Positions 40,986-53,790 of a DNA stretch of 64,000 bases are shown one piece after another (the first letter of the stretch is position 1; every line of letters starts with the position of its first letter). The notes beneath the pieces are model-generated. The model saw only the letters and a program-made list of their open reading frames with translations. It was not told where the DNA came from and did no database searches. The stretch lies in NCBI GenBank assembly GCA_963806225.1, contig CAWDXG010000004.1:1952001-2016000 (forward strand), in the 5' to 3' direction. A program made the position numbers and the translations under genes. This stretch comes from an uncultured delta proteobacterium (lineage in GTDB: Bacteria; Myxococcota_A; Polyangia; Polyangiales; Polyangiaceae).

Positions 40986-43409
40986 TCAGCTCTCGGGGTG
41001 TCCGTCGCTCGCCGACTTGGCGGTGGAGGCGCTGCCGTGGATCGGCGGCAGCGCGTCGGGGCGCGGCGGAGCAGCAGGGGATAGCGGCGAGGTCTTCACG
41101 CCGTCCTCGTCGCCCGCCTCGCGGTCGTCCACCTGGCCGCGATCGACGTAGACGACGAGCTTGTCACCGGGCTTGAGCTTCTTGCGCCGCGAGCAGCGGT
41201 TGACGCGCTCCATCCAGCCCACGCTCATGCCGTAGCGCTTGCCGATCCCGCGCAGCGTGTCGCCCTTCTTCACGCTGACGACCATGCGACGCTTGCCCTT
41301 CTGCCCTTCGAAGTAGTCGAAGAAGTCGTGCGTGCCGGCCACCAGCACACGCGTCTCGCGCTCGTTGATGTGCCGCACGTGGCTCAGATTGGCGTGCTTT
41401 TCGACGAAAACCTGCAGCACCATGCCGGACTGCAGCCGCGCGCTCCTGTCGAGCGAATTCCAGGCCTGGAGCTCCGAGCGCGTGACACGGAAAGCGCGCG
41501 CGATACGCCCCAGCGTGTCGCCGGCCAGCACCTTGTAGAAGACGCGGCGCCGATCGCGGTAGCGGAACTCGCGCGGCGGCACCACCACGACCTCCTCGCC
41601 GTCGCTGTCGCTGGCGCCTGGGCTGTGGGGCGGAACCAGAAGCACCGTGCCCGCCGGAAGCGCCTCGCCCCGACCGATGCCGTTGATGTGACGGATGCGG
41701 TACTCGCTGGTGCCGCGGGCGGCGGCGATGGTCCGGACTGTGTCCCCGAAGCGCACGACGTAGGGCTCGAGGTCGTCCGACCCCCGGACCTTCGCCAGCT
41801 TCTGGCTGGCGACAACGCCCTTGCCCGCCGGCACGCGCACGGGCCACATGCCGTTCTTGCCGGGCGGCGCCTCGGGCGGCGTGCGCGCCGCGAGGTAGTC
41901 GGGGTTCAGCTTCTCCAGCTGGTCGGAGGGGATCTCGGCGGCGGCAGCGACCTTGTCCAGCGACACGCCGGGCTTGACCAGCACCGTGTCGAAGCGCACC
42001 GGCGGATCGGGTGTGACGCCCCCGAGGCCGAAGGCCCTCTTGTTGTTCATCACGATCGCGGTCGCGAGGATCTTGGGGACGTAGAGCGTCGTCTCCCAGG
42101 GAATGCCAGCCTCGTAGCGCGACAGCTCCCAGAAATCGTTCGTGTTGAACTTGCGGATCGCGCGCGAAAGCCCGCCGTAGCCCATGTTGTAGGCTGCCAT
42201 CGCGAGCTCCCAGTTGCCGAAGCGCCGGTGCAGGTCGGACAGATAGCGGATGGCGGCCTGCGTAGAGCGCAGCGGATCCAGCCGCTCGTCCACCCAGCGA
42301 TCGACGGTTAGGCCGTACAGGCGCCCCGACTCGGGAATGAACTGCCACAGGCCCGCCGCGCCCGCGGGCGAACGGATGGTCGGGTTGTGGCCGCTCTCGA
42401 TGAGCGACAGCCACACCAGATCCGTCGGCAGCCCGGCCTTGGCGAGCTCGGCCTTGATAGCCGGCGCATAGCGTCCGCTCTTCTTCGCCCACACGTGCGC
42501 AATCGCCCGACCGCGCGAGCTGTCGCGGTAGAACTTCAGGTACTTGATCACGCGCTCATCCATGCGGACCGGCAGATTCGGCATGGTGAGGGTCTTCAGC
42601 CACTTGGCGTCGGCCGCCGGGATCCGCTCGTCTTCGGACTTGTCCACGACGCGCGCAGTCGGCGGCAGACCCGACGCCTGGATCTCGGCCGAGTCTCCCT
42701 CGACGGGCTTCGGCAGGCCCCAGGACCAGCCGGGTCGCGCTCCATCGAGCGGCTTGGGGAACAAGACCTTGTCCGCTGCGCGGAGCGCGCGGAGCTCGGG
42801 GTCGTTCTTGCCGGCCTTCAGATCGTCGTCGGTGGGACCGCCGGCGACAGCGTGACGCGCGTCCTCGTCGGGCGCCTTCTCCGGCACGCCGGCCGGCAGG
42901 GCAGCCTTGGGGTGCCGGGGCGGGCGCCCGCGGTGGCGGGAGCCGCGATGCGAGGCGGTCTTCTTCGGGGCCTGTTTCGCTGACTTCCGGGCGGCCTGCC
43001 CGGAGTGCTCCGCCTTCTTCGGGTCGGTCGTGGTCTCCGCGCTGGTGCCGGCGGCCTTGGCGGTGATGCGTCGCGTGCCGGCTCCATGATGCGGCCCGAC
43101 GGGCGCTTCGGACGCCGACGCGGTGCTCGCGCGGCTGGACGGCTTGGCGGCGCTGGCGTGCTTTTCGTGGTGCGGCTTCTTCGCCTTGGCGGCGGATGCC
43201 GTCGCGGCCTTCTCGTGGTGGCTCGGCTTTTTCGCCTCGTGGCTCGGCTTTTTCGCCTCGTGGCTCGGCCTTTTCGCCTCGTGGCCCGGCTTGTCGGCCT
43301 TGTCCTTGCGCGCGTGCTGCTTGGCCGGCGCGGCCGGCGAAGAAGCGGCTGCCGTCGCCCCCGCGGCAAGCGAGGCGGACACAAGCATCGCGCGGAGGAC
43401 AAAGCGCAT
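40986..43409 (-). CDS. MltD-like lytic transglycosylase with LysM domains
   Basis: LSLIESG, AAGLWQFIP, VDERLDP, AAYNMG, IPWETTLYVPKI. Three LysM-like repeats (YVVRFGDT, YKVLAGDTL, VKKGDTL). Confidence 0.9.
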   Translation of the reverse strand: MRFVLRAMLVSASLAAGATAAASSPAAPAKQHARKDKADKPGHEAKRPSHEAKKPSHEAKKPSHHEKAATASAAKAKKPHHEKHASAAKPSSRASTASASEAPVGPHHGAGTRRITAKAAGTSAETTTDPKKAEHSGQAARKSAKQAPKKTASHRGSRHRGRPPRHPKAALPAGVPEKAPDEDARHAVAGGPTDDDLKAGKNDPELRALRAADKVLFPKPLDGARPGWSWGLPKPVEGDSAEIQASGLPPTARVVDKSEDERIPAADAKWLKTLTMPNLPVRMDERVIKYLKFYRDSSRGRAIAHVWAKKSGRYAPAIKAELAKAGLPTDLVWLSLIESGHNPTIRSPAGAAGLWQFIPESGRLYGLTVDRWVDERLDPLRSTQAAIRYLSDLHRRFGNWELAMAAYNMGYGGLSRAIRKFNTNDFWELSRYEAGIPWETTLYVPKILATAIVMNNKRAFGLGGVTPDPPVRFDTVLVKPGVSLDKVAAAAEIPSDQLEKLNPDYLAARTPPEAPPGKNGMWPVRVPAGKGVVASQKLAKVRGSDDLEPYVVRFGDTVRTIAAARGTSEYRIRHINGIGRGEALPAGTVLLVPPHSPGASDSDGEEVVVVPPREFRYRDRRRVFYKVLAGDTLGRIARAFRVTRSELQAWNSLDRSARLQSGMVLQVFVEKHANLSHVRHINERETRVLVAGTHDFFDYFEGQKGKRRMVVSVKKGDTLRGIGKRYGMSVGWMERVNRCSRRKKLKPGDKLVVYVDRGQVDDREAGDEDGVKTSPLSPAAPPRPDALPPIHGSASTAKSASDGHPES

Positions 43410-43551
43410 CGTGGATACCCGGAAGGGGGCGCCGTATGGCACGGCCCCGGCCAAGGCAGAAGGGTGAGCCATCTGCCCCGGACAGGTCAAATCTCATGTC
43501 GAGAGCACGTGGATCTCTGATCCTCGCGCCCGATCCGTGCAGGCCCTCTGC

Positions 43552-44955
<1,404 letters not shown>

Positions 44956-45013
44956 GGCGCTAGCGCCGTCGCGGTTGTGCCGGGTCGTCGAGCGTTCGGC
45001 GACCCGGAGTCTG

Positions 45014-46057
45014 CTACAGGCAACCGTTCTTCGTGCCCGGCGAGGGCGTCGAATCGGGCTGGAACGACGCGCCCATGTCCTCGCTGGTCTCGTCGTGGCC
45101 GGTGATGCCGTTGCCACCGCTCAGCGTCTCGCCGTTTTCGATGCCGCAGCGCTCGATCGCGACGACCGCGCCAGCATCGGCCGCGGCTGACGGCACTGCC
45201 GGCTTCTGCGAGGCGCGCGCCGTGTCGGCCTGGTAGCCGCTGACCGAGGTCTTGTCGATGCGCGTGTTGTCGTCGAAGGTCGCGCCCGCGGCCTGCCACG
45301 TCACGTAGTCAACGTCCTTGACGGTACTGGCGCTGCCGTCCCACGAAAACAGCACGATCATCTCGCGGTCGTTGCTGATCAGGCTGCCCGACTTGTTGCC
45401 TACGCTGCCGTTCTTGGGAATCGTCATGGCAGGCACGCTGCCGCTACCGCAGCTCAGCGCTTTGCCGTTCGAGGCCAGGATCAGATCCGGGCAATTCCCG
45501 TACTCTGCTTCGAAACCGGGATCGGCAGCGATGACCAGCACCGCACCGGCAGCGATCTTCGTGCCCGAGGGGAACTGCGCGAGGAAGTCGGTCTGCGGCG
45601 TGCCCTGCGGGTTCCACGGACCGCTCGTGATCTTGTAATAGGCCGAGTTGTCGGCCACGTAGTAGTCGGAGAGGTCGACCTCGGCCGAAGTCGGGTTGTA
45701 GATCTCGATGAACTCGGCGGTCCCGGGCTCAAGCCCGACCTCGGAGATCAGCAGGTGATCGCCCGCCGTCCCGGAGCCGCCGCCCGTGCCGCCGGTGCCA
45801 GCCGTGCCGCCGGTCCCGGCCGTGCCGCCGCTGCCGGCCGTGCCGCCGCTGCCGGCCGTGCCGCCGCTGCCGGCCGTGCCGCCGCTGCCGGCTGTGCCAC
45901 CCGTGCCTCCGGTGCTGCCGCCGGTTCCGCCGGTGGCGCCTGCCGTTCCGCCGCTGCCGCCGCTGCCGTTGCCCGAATCACTGCTCGAGCAACCCGCCTG
46001 TGCGAGCGCAACCGCAGACACCAAGATCACACAACACCCGAGAAGACGTCGCCCCAT
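45014..46057 (-). CDS. Lipoprotein with Gly/Thr/Ser repeat linker and lamin-tail-like domain
   Basis: Lipobox QAGC, (GGTAGS)n repeats, HLLISEV...AEFIEIYNPT...VDLSDYY, TPSPG. Confidence 0.78.
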   Translation of the reverse strand: MGRRLLGCCVILVSAVALAQAGCSSSDSGNGSGGSGGTAGATGGTGGSTGGTGGTAGSGGTAGSGGTAGSGGTAGSGGTAGTGGTAGTGGTGGGSGTAGDHLLISEVGLEPGTAEFIEIYNPTSAEVDLSDYYVADNSAYYKITSGPWNPQGTPQTDFLAQFPSGTKIAAGAVLVIAADPGFEAEYGNCPDLILASNGKALSCGSGSVPAMTIPKNGSVGNKSGSLISNDREMIVLFSWDGSASTVKDVDYVTWQAAGATFDDNTRIDKTSVSGYQADTARASQKPAVPSAAADAGAVVAIERCGIENGETLSGGNGITGHDETSEDMGASFQPDSTPSPGTKNGCL

Positions 46058-46180
46058 GAGCGGGAGGCTACCCGCCTGTGCGGCGCTGTCAATGGCGCGA
46101 AGCGGCGCAGGCGACCCGCCGCTCTCCGGAAATCATTCGCGAATCCCCGGCCGCCACACTAGGTTCAGTGCCCCTCACGC

Positions 46181-46846
46181 ATGGGAAACCCCTCGGACAC
46201 CGCGCTGCTGGAGGGTCGCCGGCTGGGCCGCCACCTGGGAGGACGCTGGATCTGGCGTGGGCTCGACTTCGAGCTCCGTACCGGCGAACGACTCGGCGTG
46301 GCAGGGCCGTCGGGCACGGGCAAGACGCTGCTGCTGCGCGCGCTCGCCGGCCTCGATCCGATCGACGAGGGAGAGGTCCGCTACCGCGGGCAGGCGCTGA
46401 CCGCGGTCGGCATGCCGCGCTATCGCGCCCAGGTTGTCTACCTGCACCAGCGTCCGGGGATGTTGCCCGGCGACGTGGAACAGAATCTGCGGGCCCCGTT
46501 CGCGCTGAAGGCGCACACAGCGCAGAGCTATCCGGCAGAGCGCGCGAGGACGCTGCTCTCCGCGCTCGGGCAGCGCGAGGACCTGGGCCCGGAAGCCGCC
46601 GATGGGCTTTCGGGCGGCGAGTCGCAAGCGGTAGCCCTGGTCCGGGCGCTGCTGATCGAGCCGAGCGTGCTTCTGCTGGACGAGGCGACGGCCAGCCTCG
46701 ACGCTGAACGCGTCACGCTCGTCGAGGCCACGGTCGACGCGTGGCTGCGGGACGACCCGGAGCGCGCGGTGGTCTGGGTGAGCCACGCGCGCGAACAACT
46801 GCTGCGCGTCACCGACCGGATGTTCGAGCTCGAGGACAGCGGATGA
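46181..46846 (+). CDS. ABC transporter ATP-binding protein (FetA/YbbL-like)
   Basis: GPSGTGKT, YRAQVVYLHQ, LSGGE, LLLDEATASLD, WVSH. Confidence 0.85.
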   Translation: MGNPSDTALLEGRRLGRHLGGRWIWRGLDFELRTGERLGVAGPSGTGKTLLLRALAGLDPIDEGEVRYRGQALTAVGMPRYRAQVVYLHQRPGMLPGDVEQNLRAPFALKAHTAQSYPAERARTLLSALGQREDLGPEAADGLSGGESQAVALVRALLIEPSVLLLDEATASLDAERVTLVEATVDAWLRDDPERAVVWVSHAREQLLRVTDRMFELEDSG

Positions 46847-47640
46847 AGGCGGAGTACATCGCGATCGGCACGCTCGAGCTCGGCCTGGCCGCGCTCCTGA
46901 TGGTCGCCAACTTCGCCATCTCGATCGCGCTCCGCCTCGGGCTCGCGAAGAACCTGGCGATCGCCTCGGTGCGCATGGTCGTGCAGCTGCTCTTGGTCGG
47001 GCTGGTGCTCGGCTGGGTGTTCTCGCTGCGCTCACCGGCACCGGTGCTCGCCCTGGCGCTGGTCATGGCCTCGGTGGCCGGCGTCGCCGCGGTGAACCGC
47101 ACCCGCCGCCGCTTCGCCGGGATCTACTGGAACAGCCTGGTGAGCGTGGTCTCGGCTGCGTTCCTGGTGACGGGACTGGCGCTCGCCGGCATCGTACGCG
47201 TCCGCCCGCCCTACGAGCCGCAGTATCTCATCCCATTGCTCGGCATGGTGCTCGGCAACACCTTGAACGGCATCTCGCTGGGGCTCGATCGCTTCATGGA
47301 ACAGCTCGACTCGGGACGGGTGCGCGTCGAGACGCTGCTAGCGCTCGGCGCAACGCGCTGGGAGGCGGCGCACGGCGCGGTCCGGGAATCGCTGCGCACC
47401 GCGATGATCCCGACCATCAACTCGATGATGGTGATGGGCATCGTGAGCCTGCCCGGCATGATGACCGGACAGATCCTCGCGGGCGCCGATCCCGGCGACG
47501 CTGTTCGCTACCAGATCGTGATCATGTTCATGATCGCGTCGGCGACGGCGCTCGGCGCAATCGCGATCGTGCTGCTCGCCTTCCGCGCTCTGTTCGACGC
47601 GCATCACCGGCTCAGGCTGGACCGGCTCGGATCCGCGTAG
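46843..47640 (+). CDS. fetB: ABC permease, FetB/YbbM family
   Basis: RMVVQLLLVG, PQYLIPLLGMVLGN, LALGAT, GIVSLPGMMTGQILAGADP, AVRYQI. Confidence 0.85.
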   Translation: MKAEYIAIGTLELGLAALLMVANFAISIALRLGLAKNLAIASVRMVVQLLLVGLVLGWVFSLRSPAPVLALALVMASVAGVAAVNRTRRRFAGIYWNSLVSVVSAAFLVTGLALAGIVRVRPPYEPQYLIPLLGMVLGNTLNGISLGLDRFMEQLDSGRVRVETLLALGATRWEAAHGAVRESLRTAMIPTINSMMVMGIVSLPGMMTGQILAGADPGDAVRYQIVIMFMIASATALGAIAIVLLAFRALFDAHHRLRLDRLGSA

Positions 47641-47646
47641 CCGGCG

Positions 47647-47695
47647 CCGGGGTGGCGGAACCCCGGGGTGGCAGAACCCCGGGGTCTACCGCCCC
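47647..47695. repeat. 16-bp direct repeats forming an imperfect palindrome
   Basis: CCGGGGTGGCGGAACC, CCGGGGTGGCAGAACC, then CCGGGGTCTACCGCCCC, with dyads centred on ACCCCGGGGT. Confidence 0.6.
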
Positions 47696-47812
47696 AGGGG
47701 GCGCCGCCCCCGACAACAGGGAATCGACGGGGGTCAGGGAATACGGCGGATCGCACCGTGGTTCGTGCGCATCGGGCTGGCTCCGTCCTGCCCATCGAAG
47801 GAGAGAACCAAC

Positions 47813-48031
47813 ATGAAGAAATCGATCGCCCAGCTCGGGATCGTGGTGGCCGCTCTTGCCGTGTCGTCTCTGGCGCTCGCCAAGCCGCACACCCATACCC
47901 AACACGCTTCGCACGCGGCGCACGCGCTGACGAAGCACGCTGGCAAGAAGGGCGCTCACGACAAGGGCCACCACAAGGCCAAGGGCCACCACAAGGCCAA
48001 GTCGCACGCCAAGAAGTCCGGGAAGAAGTAG
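47813..48031 (+). CDS. Small secreted His/Lys-rich protein (72 aa)
   Basis: AAGGAG RBS, MKKS...ALA signal peptide. The 49-aa mature part has 12 His and 13 Lys. Confidence 0.75.
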   Translation: MKKSIAQLGIVVAALAVSSLALAKPHTHTQHASHAAHALTKHAGKKGAHDKGHHKAKGHHKAKSHAKKSGKK

Positions 48032-48144
48032 CCGCATCCCGGGTCTGTGCCCCGCGCCGGTGGACGCCGATGAACACTCGAGGGGGAGTGGCGGCAGCGG
48101 CACACCGGCGCGGGGGCGGCGCCGCAGCATGCTAGCGTGGCGGC

Positions 48145-49035
48145 ATGCACCGCCGACTGCCCTGGACCGGACTGGCCGCAGCCGCTGCACTGGCCGCGGC
48201 CTGCTCGACCAGCACCGGAGAGGTGGCCAGCGGACGGAATCTCGACGCCGCGGCGAGCGGCGGCAGCGCGGGGATGGCCGACGCCGGCAACACGACGGAC
48301 GCTGGCGGAGGCTCGGTCGGCAGCGGTGGCTCGGCTGGCGCACCGGCCTGCGACAGCCGCTTCAGCATCTCGCCCGACCCGCCCGGTAGCGGAACCCTGA
48401 CGAGCGTCGGGTTCACCGACACGAGCCCGCTGACCTACATCAAGCTCGACGCTACCGGACCGGGGACGGCCACGCTGGTGACGCAGGGCATCACCACCAG
48501 CAATCCCTGGACCTGGACCTGGTCCGTCACCGATCTGGCCCCGGGCGTGTGGACGTTCACTTTCAGCGCAGGGAGCCCGCAGAAGCCTGTGGCCACCTGC
48601 CAGAAGAACGTGCTCGACACCGGGACGCCACCACCTCCGCCGCCTCCGCCCAAGGGCTCCTGCGACGGCAAGGTCTGCGGAGACGACGACGGCAACGGCG
48701 GCAAGTGTACGACCTGCCCGATGGTGGGCAGTTGTCTGTCGCCTCCGTCACCCTACGGACCGGGCGGCAAGGGCAGCTGGTCCTGCCTGGACACCGCCGG
48801 CTGTCTCGAAGGCAGCGGGCTCTGCAAGATCTGGTGTCCATTCGAGCCCTGCGACACACAGAAGCACCCGAATGGCTGCCCGAACAACACCGAGGCCTGC
48901 TACGTCCCGGCCGGGACGACCTCGTACGAGGACGCCTGCAAGTCCTGCTGCGAGAGCGCGCCCCGCAATTCCTGTTGGGACAGTGCCTACAGCCTGTGCC
49001 GCTATCCTGGCGAATGCGGAACCCCGCTCCCCTGA
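48145..49035 (+). CDS. Cys-rich lipoprotein
   Basis: Lipobox AAAC, a beta-rich middle, a poly-Pro linker, then CDGKVCGDDD and further Cys modules. Confidence 0.72.
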   Translation: MHRRLPWTGLAAAAALAAACSTSTGEVASGRNLDAAASGGSAGMADAGNTTDAGGGSVGSGGSAGAPACDSRFSISPDPPGSGTLTSVGFTDTSPLTYIKLDATGPGTATLVTQGITTSNPWTWTWSVTDLAPGVWTFTFSAGSPQKPVATCQKNVLDTGTPPPPPPPPKGSCDGKVCGDDDGNGGKCTTCPMVGSCLSPPSPYGPGGKGSWSCLDTAGCLEGSGLCKIWCPFEPCDTQKHPNGCPNNTEACYVPAGTTSYEDACKSCCESAPRNSCWDSAYSLCRYPGECGTPLP

Positions 49036-49072
49036 GAAAAGGAGAGCGGGGCGCTTGTGCAGGACCGCGCGC

Positions 49073-50608
<1,536 letters not shown>

Positions 50609-50805
50609 GGGACTCCTCGTAGTCGAAAACCCGGCCTCGGATCGGGCGGCCGGAACACCCGCGAGCGGGCGCGCCCCCGAGCACGCCCGAAAACCTGTTG
50701 TCGTCGTTCGAACAGGTGGTCGTCCGGATTCATTCCGACCCCGAAAAGCGCGAAAGCGGCGGCAGGCCGTGGCCCGTCGCCGCTTTCGCCCCCTGCCGCT
50801 GCCTT

Positions 50806-51189
50806 CTACCCGCTCTTCACCTCGATGCGTCGTGGCCGGAGCGACGCGGCTTTCGGCAGATGGAGCGTCAATACCCCGGCCTTGAGCTCGGCGCCGATCT
50901 TCTCGCGGTCGATGCCGCGCGGCAGACGGAACTCCCGCCGGAAATCCGTCGCGCGGAATTCCGCGGCCAGCGGAGTCGCCGAAATCCCCGCGCTGCGCCG
51001 GCCTTCCAGGACAAGCTCGTCCTGGTCGACGTGGATCCCGAGCGCATCCGTGACAACACCGGGCAGATCGCAGATCAGGAGCAGCTCCTGCTCGTTCTCG
51101 TAGACGTCGACGCGGGGAGTCGCGGTCGGTCGCTCTTCCACATTCTCCAGGCGTTGGCTGGAAGGACGCAGGTTCGATTCTGTGGCCAT
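50806..51189 (-). CDS. Small heat-shock protein (Hsp20)
   Basis: PRVDVYE, DLPGV, FRREFRLP, AELKAGVLTLHLPK, RRIEVK. Confidence 0.92.
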   Translation of the reverse strand: MATESNLRPSSQRLENVEERPTATPRVDVYENEQELLLICDLPGVVTDALGIHVDQDELVLEGRRSAGISATPLAAEFRATDFRREFRLPRGIDREKIGAELKAGVLTLHLPKAASLRPRRIEVKSG

Positions 51190-51218
51190 GACGTTTCCTC
51201 CTTTTCGATCCGCTCGTG

Positions 51219-51653
51219 TCATGAGGCCTTGACCTGGATCCGGCGAGGCTTCACCTCCACCGCCTTCTCCAACGTGATCACGAGAACTCCGTCCCGGAGC
51301 GCGGCGCCGACCCTTTCGGGATCGACCTTCGCGGGCAGGGCGTAGCTGCGCGAGAAGCGGAACGGAGCCCGTTCCTGCCTGTGCACGGAATATCCCTCGG
51401 GCGCGTCGACCTTGCGCTGACCGGACAACCTGAGGACGTCCTGGGTCAGCGTGATCTCCACGTCCTTGTCCGTCAGACCCGGGAGCTCGGCCTCGATCAC
51501 GAAAGCCGTCCCGGTGTCGTAGAGATTGCTGGGCGGATAGGAAGCTGAACGGTGCGAAGGACCCTGCCTCTCCACCTCGTCGAAGGCCCGGTCCATCCGG
51601 CGACGGAGCTGGTCCATCAACCGGAGCGTGGTGTCGAAGTCGTTGCCGAACAT
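51219..51653 (-). CDS. Small heat-shock protein (Hsp20)
   Basis: YPPSNLYD, AELPGL, HRQER, FSRSYALP, ALRDGVLVITLEK, PRRIQVK. Confidence 0.92.
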   Translation of the reverse strand: MFGNDFDTTLRLMDQLRRRMDRAFDEVERQGPSHRSASYPPSNLYDTGTAFVIEAELPGLTDKDVEITLTQDVLRLSGQRKVDAPEGYSVHRQERAPFRFSRSYALPAKVDPERVGAALRDGVLVITLEKAVEVKPRRIQVKAS

Positions 51654-51832
51654 GGCACATTCCTCCTGTCGCCTCCGACAAGCACAGCCGTGCCGTCGGA
51701 ATACTGTTCCAGGTAGCTCTACCCCTGGAGCGGTGGATCCCGCTGTCGGGAGCGTGGCAAAAATGTGCACGCCTACGCCGCTGTCAAGAGCGGACCGGGC
51801 GACACGCGACCCCGCGCTCGGTCCGCGCCGGC

Positions 51833-52912
51833 TCAGCCGCCGAGGCCGGCAATGAAGTTCGCGATCTCGCCGAGCGGCAGACTTTGCGACACGACGCCGG
51901 CGCGCACCGCCGAGCCCGGCATCCCGTACACCACGGCAGTCGACTCGCTCTCCGCGACCACAATCCCGCCGCGTTCGACGATGTCGCGGGCGCCCTGCAC
52001 GCCGTCGTCGCCCATGCCGGTGAGGATGATGCCCACAGCGCGTCGGCCGGCAACTTCCGCGACGCTGGAGAGCAGGCGATCTGCGCTCGGAACGTAGCGG
52101 TCCTCCGGATCCGGAGCCCGCACCCGCACCCTGAGGCTGCTCGCGCTCCCGGGCACGAGCTCCACCTCCATGCACTTGCGTCCAGGGCAGACGAAGGCAG
52201 TCGTCTCGCCGATGGCTGCCAGGTCCTGGGCCTCGCTCACGTTCATCATCGAACGACGATCAAGACGATCCGCGAACGTGCGCGTGAACTTGTCGGGCAT
52301 GTGTTGCGCGACGAGCAACGCATCACGCAGCCGCGGCGGGAGCGCAGTGAAGATTTCCATCAGCGCCGACGGCCCGCCTGTCGACGATGCTATTGCGACG
52401 AGATAGCGCGGCGGCGCGGTCGGCGCCTGCACGGGCGCCCGCTCCGATTCCACGCCGCTCAAGGACTCGAAGACCCGGCGGCCCATGAGGTTCGTGTTCC
52501 TCAGCGTGCGCGCCAGGAGGATCTTCTGCACCAGCTCGTCGCGGACGGAAGCCAGCTCTGCGTCGGCATACCGGTCCGGCTTTGCGACGAAGTCGAGTGC
52601 GCCCAACTCGAGCGCCTTGAAGACGTTTTCCTTCTGGCTGTAGCTGGAAACCACCACGACCGGCGTGGGCATCTTGCTCATCAGGATGCGCAGGAAGGTA
52701 AAGCCATCCATGCGCGGCATCTCCAGGTCCAACGTGATCACGTCGGGCTTGAGCAGGGAGACCAGACGCAGCGCCTCCTCGCCGTCGGCTGCCTTGCCGA
52801 CGACCTTCACCTCCGGGCTGGCCGCGACTGTCTCGGCGATGCTGCGCCGGTTGTATGCCGAGTCATCGACAACCAGCAGCCTGAGAGGCTCACGATCCAT
52901 GGTGACGACCAT
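51833..52912 (-). CDS. cheB: Chemotaxis methylesterase (REC + esterase)
   Basis: LVVDDS, TLDLEMPRMDG. Catalytic motifs SSTGGP, QHMP, TGMGDDG. Confidence 0.95.
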   Translation of the reverse strand: MVVTMDREPLRLLVVDDSAYNRRSIAETVAASPEVKVVGKAADGEEALRLVSLLKPDVITLDLEMPRMDGFTFLRILMSKMPTPVVVVSSYSQKENVFKALELGALDFVAKPDRYADAELASVRDELVQKILLARTLRNTNLMGRRVFESLSGVESERAPVQAPTAPPRYLVAIASSTGGPSALMEIFTALPPRLRDALLVAQHMPDKFTRTFADRLDRRSMMNVSEAQDLAAIGETTAFVCPGRKCMEVELVPGSASSLRVRVRAPDPEDRYVPSADRLLSSVAEVAGRRAVGIILTGMGDDGVQGARDIVERGGIVVAESESTAVVYGMPGSAVRAGVVSQSLPLGEIANFIAGLGG

Positions 52913-53790
52913 CAGCGTGCCTCGCTGTCCCAACGCTCGGTGGCCAAGGGCTTCCTGTACACGAGGTCGTCCTGCAGATGCACGAGCTCGAATGCCGTCG
53001 AGACGTTCAGCAGCGATTCGGAGTGGCCCAGCATCAGGTAGCCGCCCGGGATCAAGCGGTCGTACAGGTTGTCTATCACGCGCCGACGCGAACGGACGTC
53101 GAAGTATATGAGGACGTTACGACAGAAGATCGCATCCACTCGTCCAACGATAGCCGCCTTTGCTCCGTCGAGCAGGTTGAGCTGCCCGAAGTGACACATC
53201 TTCTTGATGGGGTCCACGACGTGGTAGCCGTCGTCCCGTTCCTCGAAATAAGTGCGCATCTCCTCATCGCCCGTGGCGCGGAACGACGCACCGCGGTAGA
53301 CGCCGCGCCGGGCGAACGCAACGTTGCTGCGGGAGATGTCACTGCCGATGATGCGCACATCCCAGCCGCGGAAGCGCCCGGACTGATCGACCAGCATCGC
53401 GGTCGTGTAGGCCTCCTCGCCGCTGGAGCATCCCGCGCTCCATACGGTGAGGCGCCGGCGCGCCGCGTTCGTCTGCGCAAGTCGCGGCAGGAGCTCGTCC
53501 CGGAATGCCCTGAGCTGGTACTCCTGCCGGAAGAAATACGTCTCCTTCGTGGTCAGGGCCTCGATAGCCTCCTCCAGCTCGGCCTGTCCACGGATATTGA
53601 AGCGCAGGTACTTGTAGTACGCGTCGAATCCGGAAAGCTCGAGCGCCGCCACGCGGTCGCCCAGGCGGCGGTCGAAGACATACAGCGAGTCGTCGTCGTA
53701 GTGCAGCCCGGCGTGGTCGTTGACCAGATCGCGGAGCAGCCGGAACTGATCCGGCCTGAGCCTTGGCTTCGACTCGAAGCCACGCATCAT
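52912..53790 (-). CDS. cheR: Chemotaxis methyltransferase
   Basis: LTTKETYFFR, WSAGCSSGEEAYT, IFCRNVLIYFD, LMLGHSE. Confidence 0.95.
   Translation of the reverse strand: MMRGFESKPRLRPDQFRLLRDLVNDHAGLHYDDDSLYVFDRRLGDRVAALELSGFDAYYKYLRFNIRGQAELEEAIEALTTKETYFFRQEYQLRAFRDELLPRLAQTNAARRRLTVWSAGCSSGEEAYTTAMLVDQSGRFRGWDVRIIGSDISRSNVAFARRGVYRGASFRATGDEEMRTYFEERDDGYHVVDPIKKMCHFGQLNLLDGAKAAIVGRVDAIFCRNVLIYFDVRSRRRVIDNLYDRLIPGGYLMLGHSESLLNVSTAFELVHLQDDLVYRKPLATERWDSEAR

Noticed and set aside
45780..45970. Non-coding 18-bp tandem repeat
   Set aside because: It encodes the GGTAGS linker of a lipoprotein, a common low-complexity feature.
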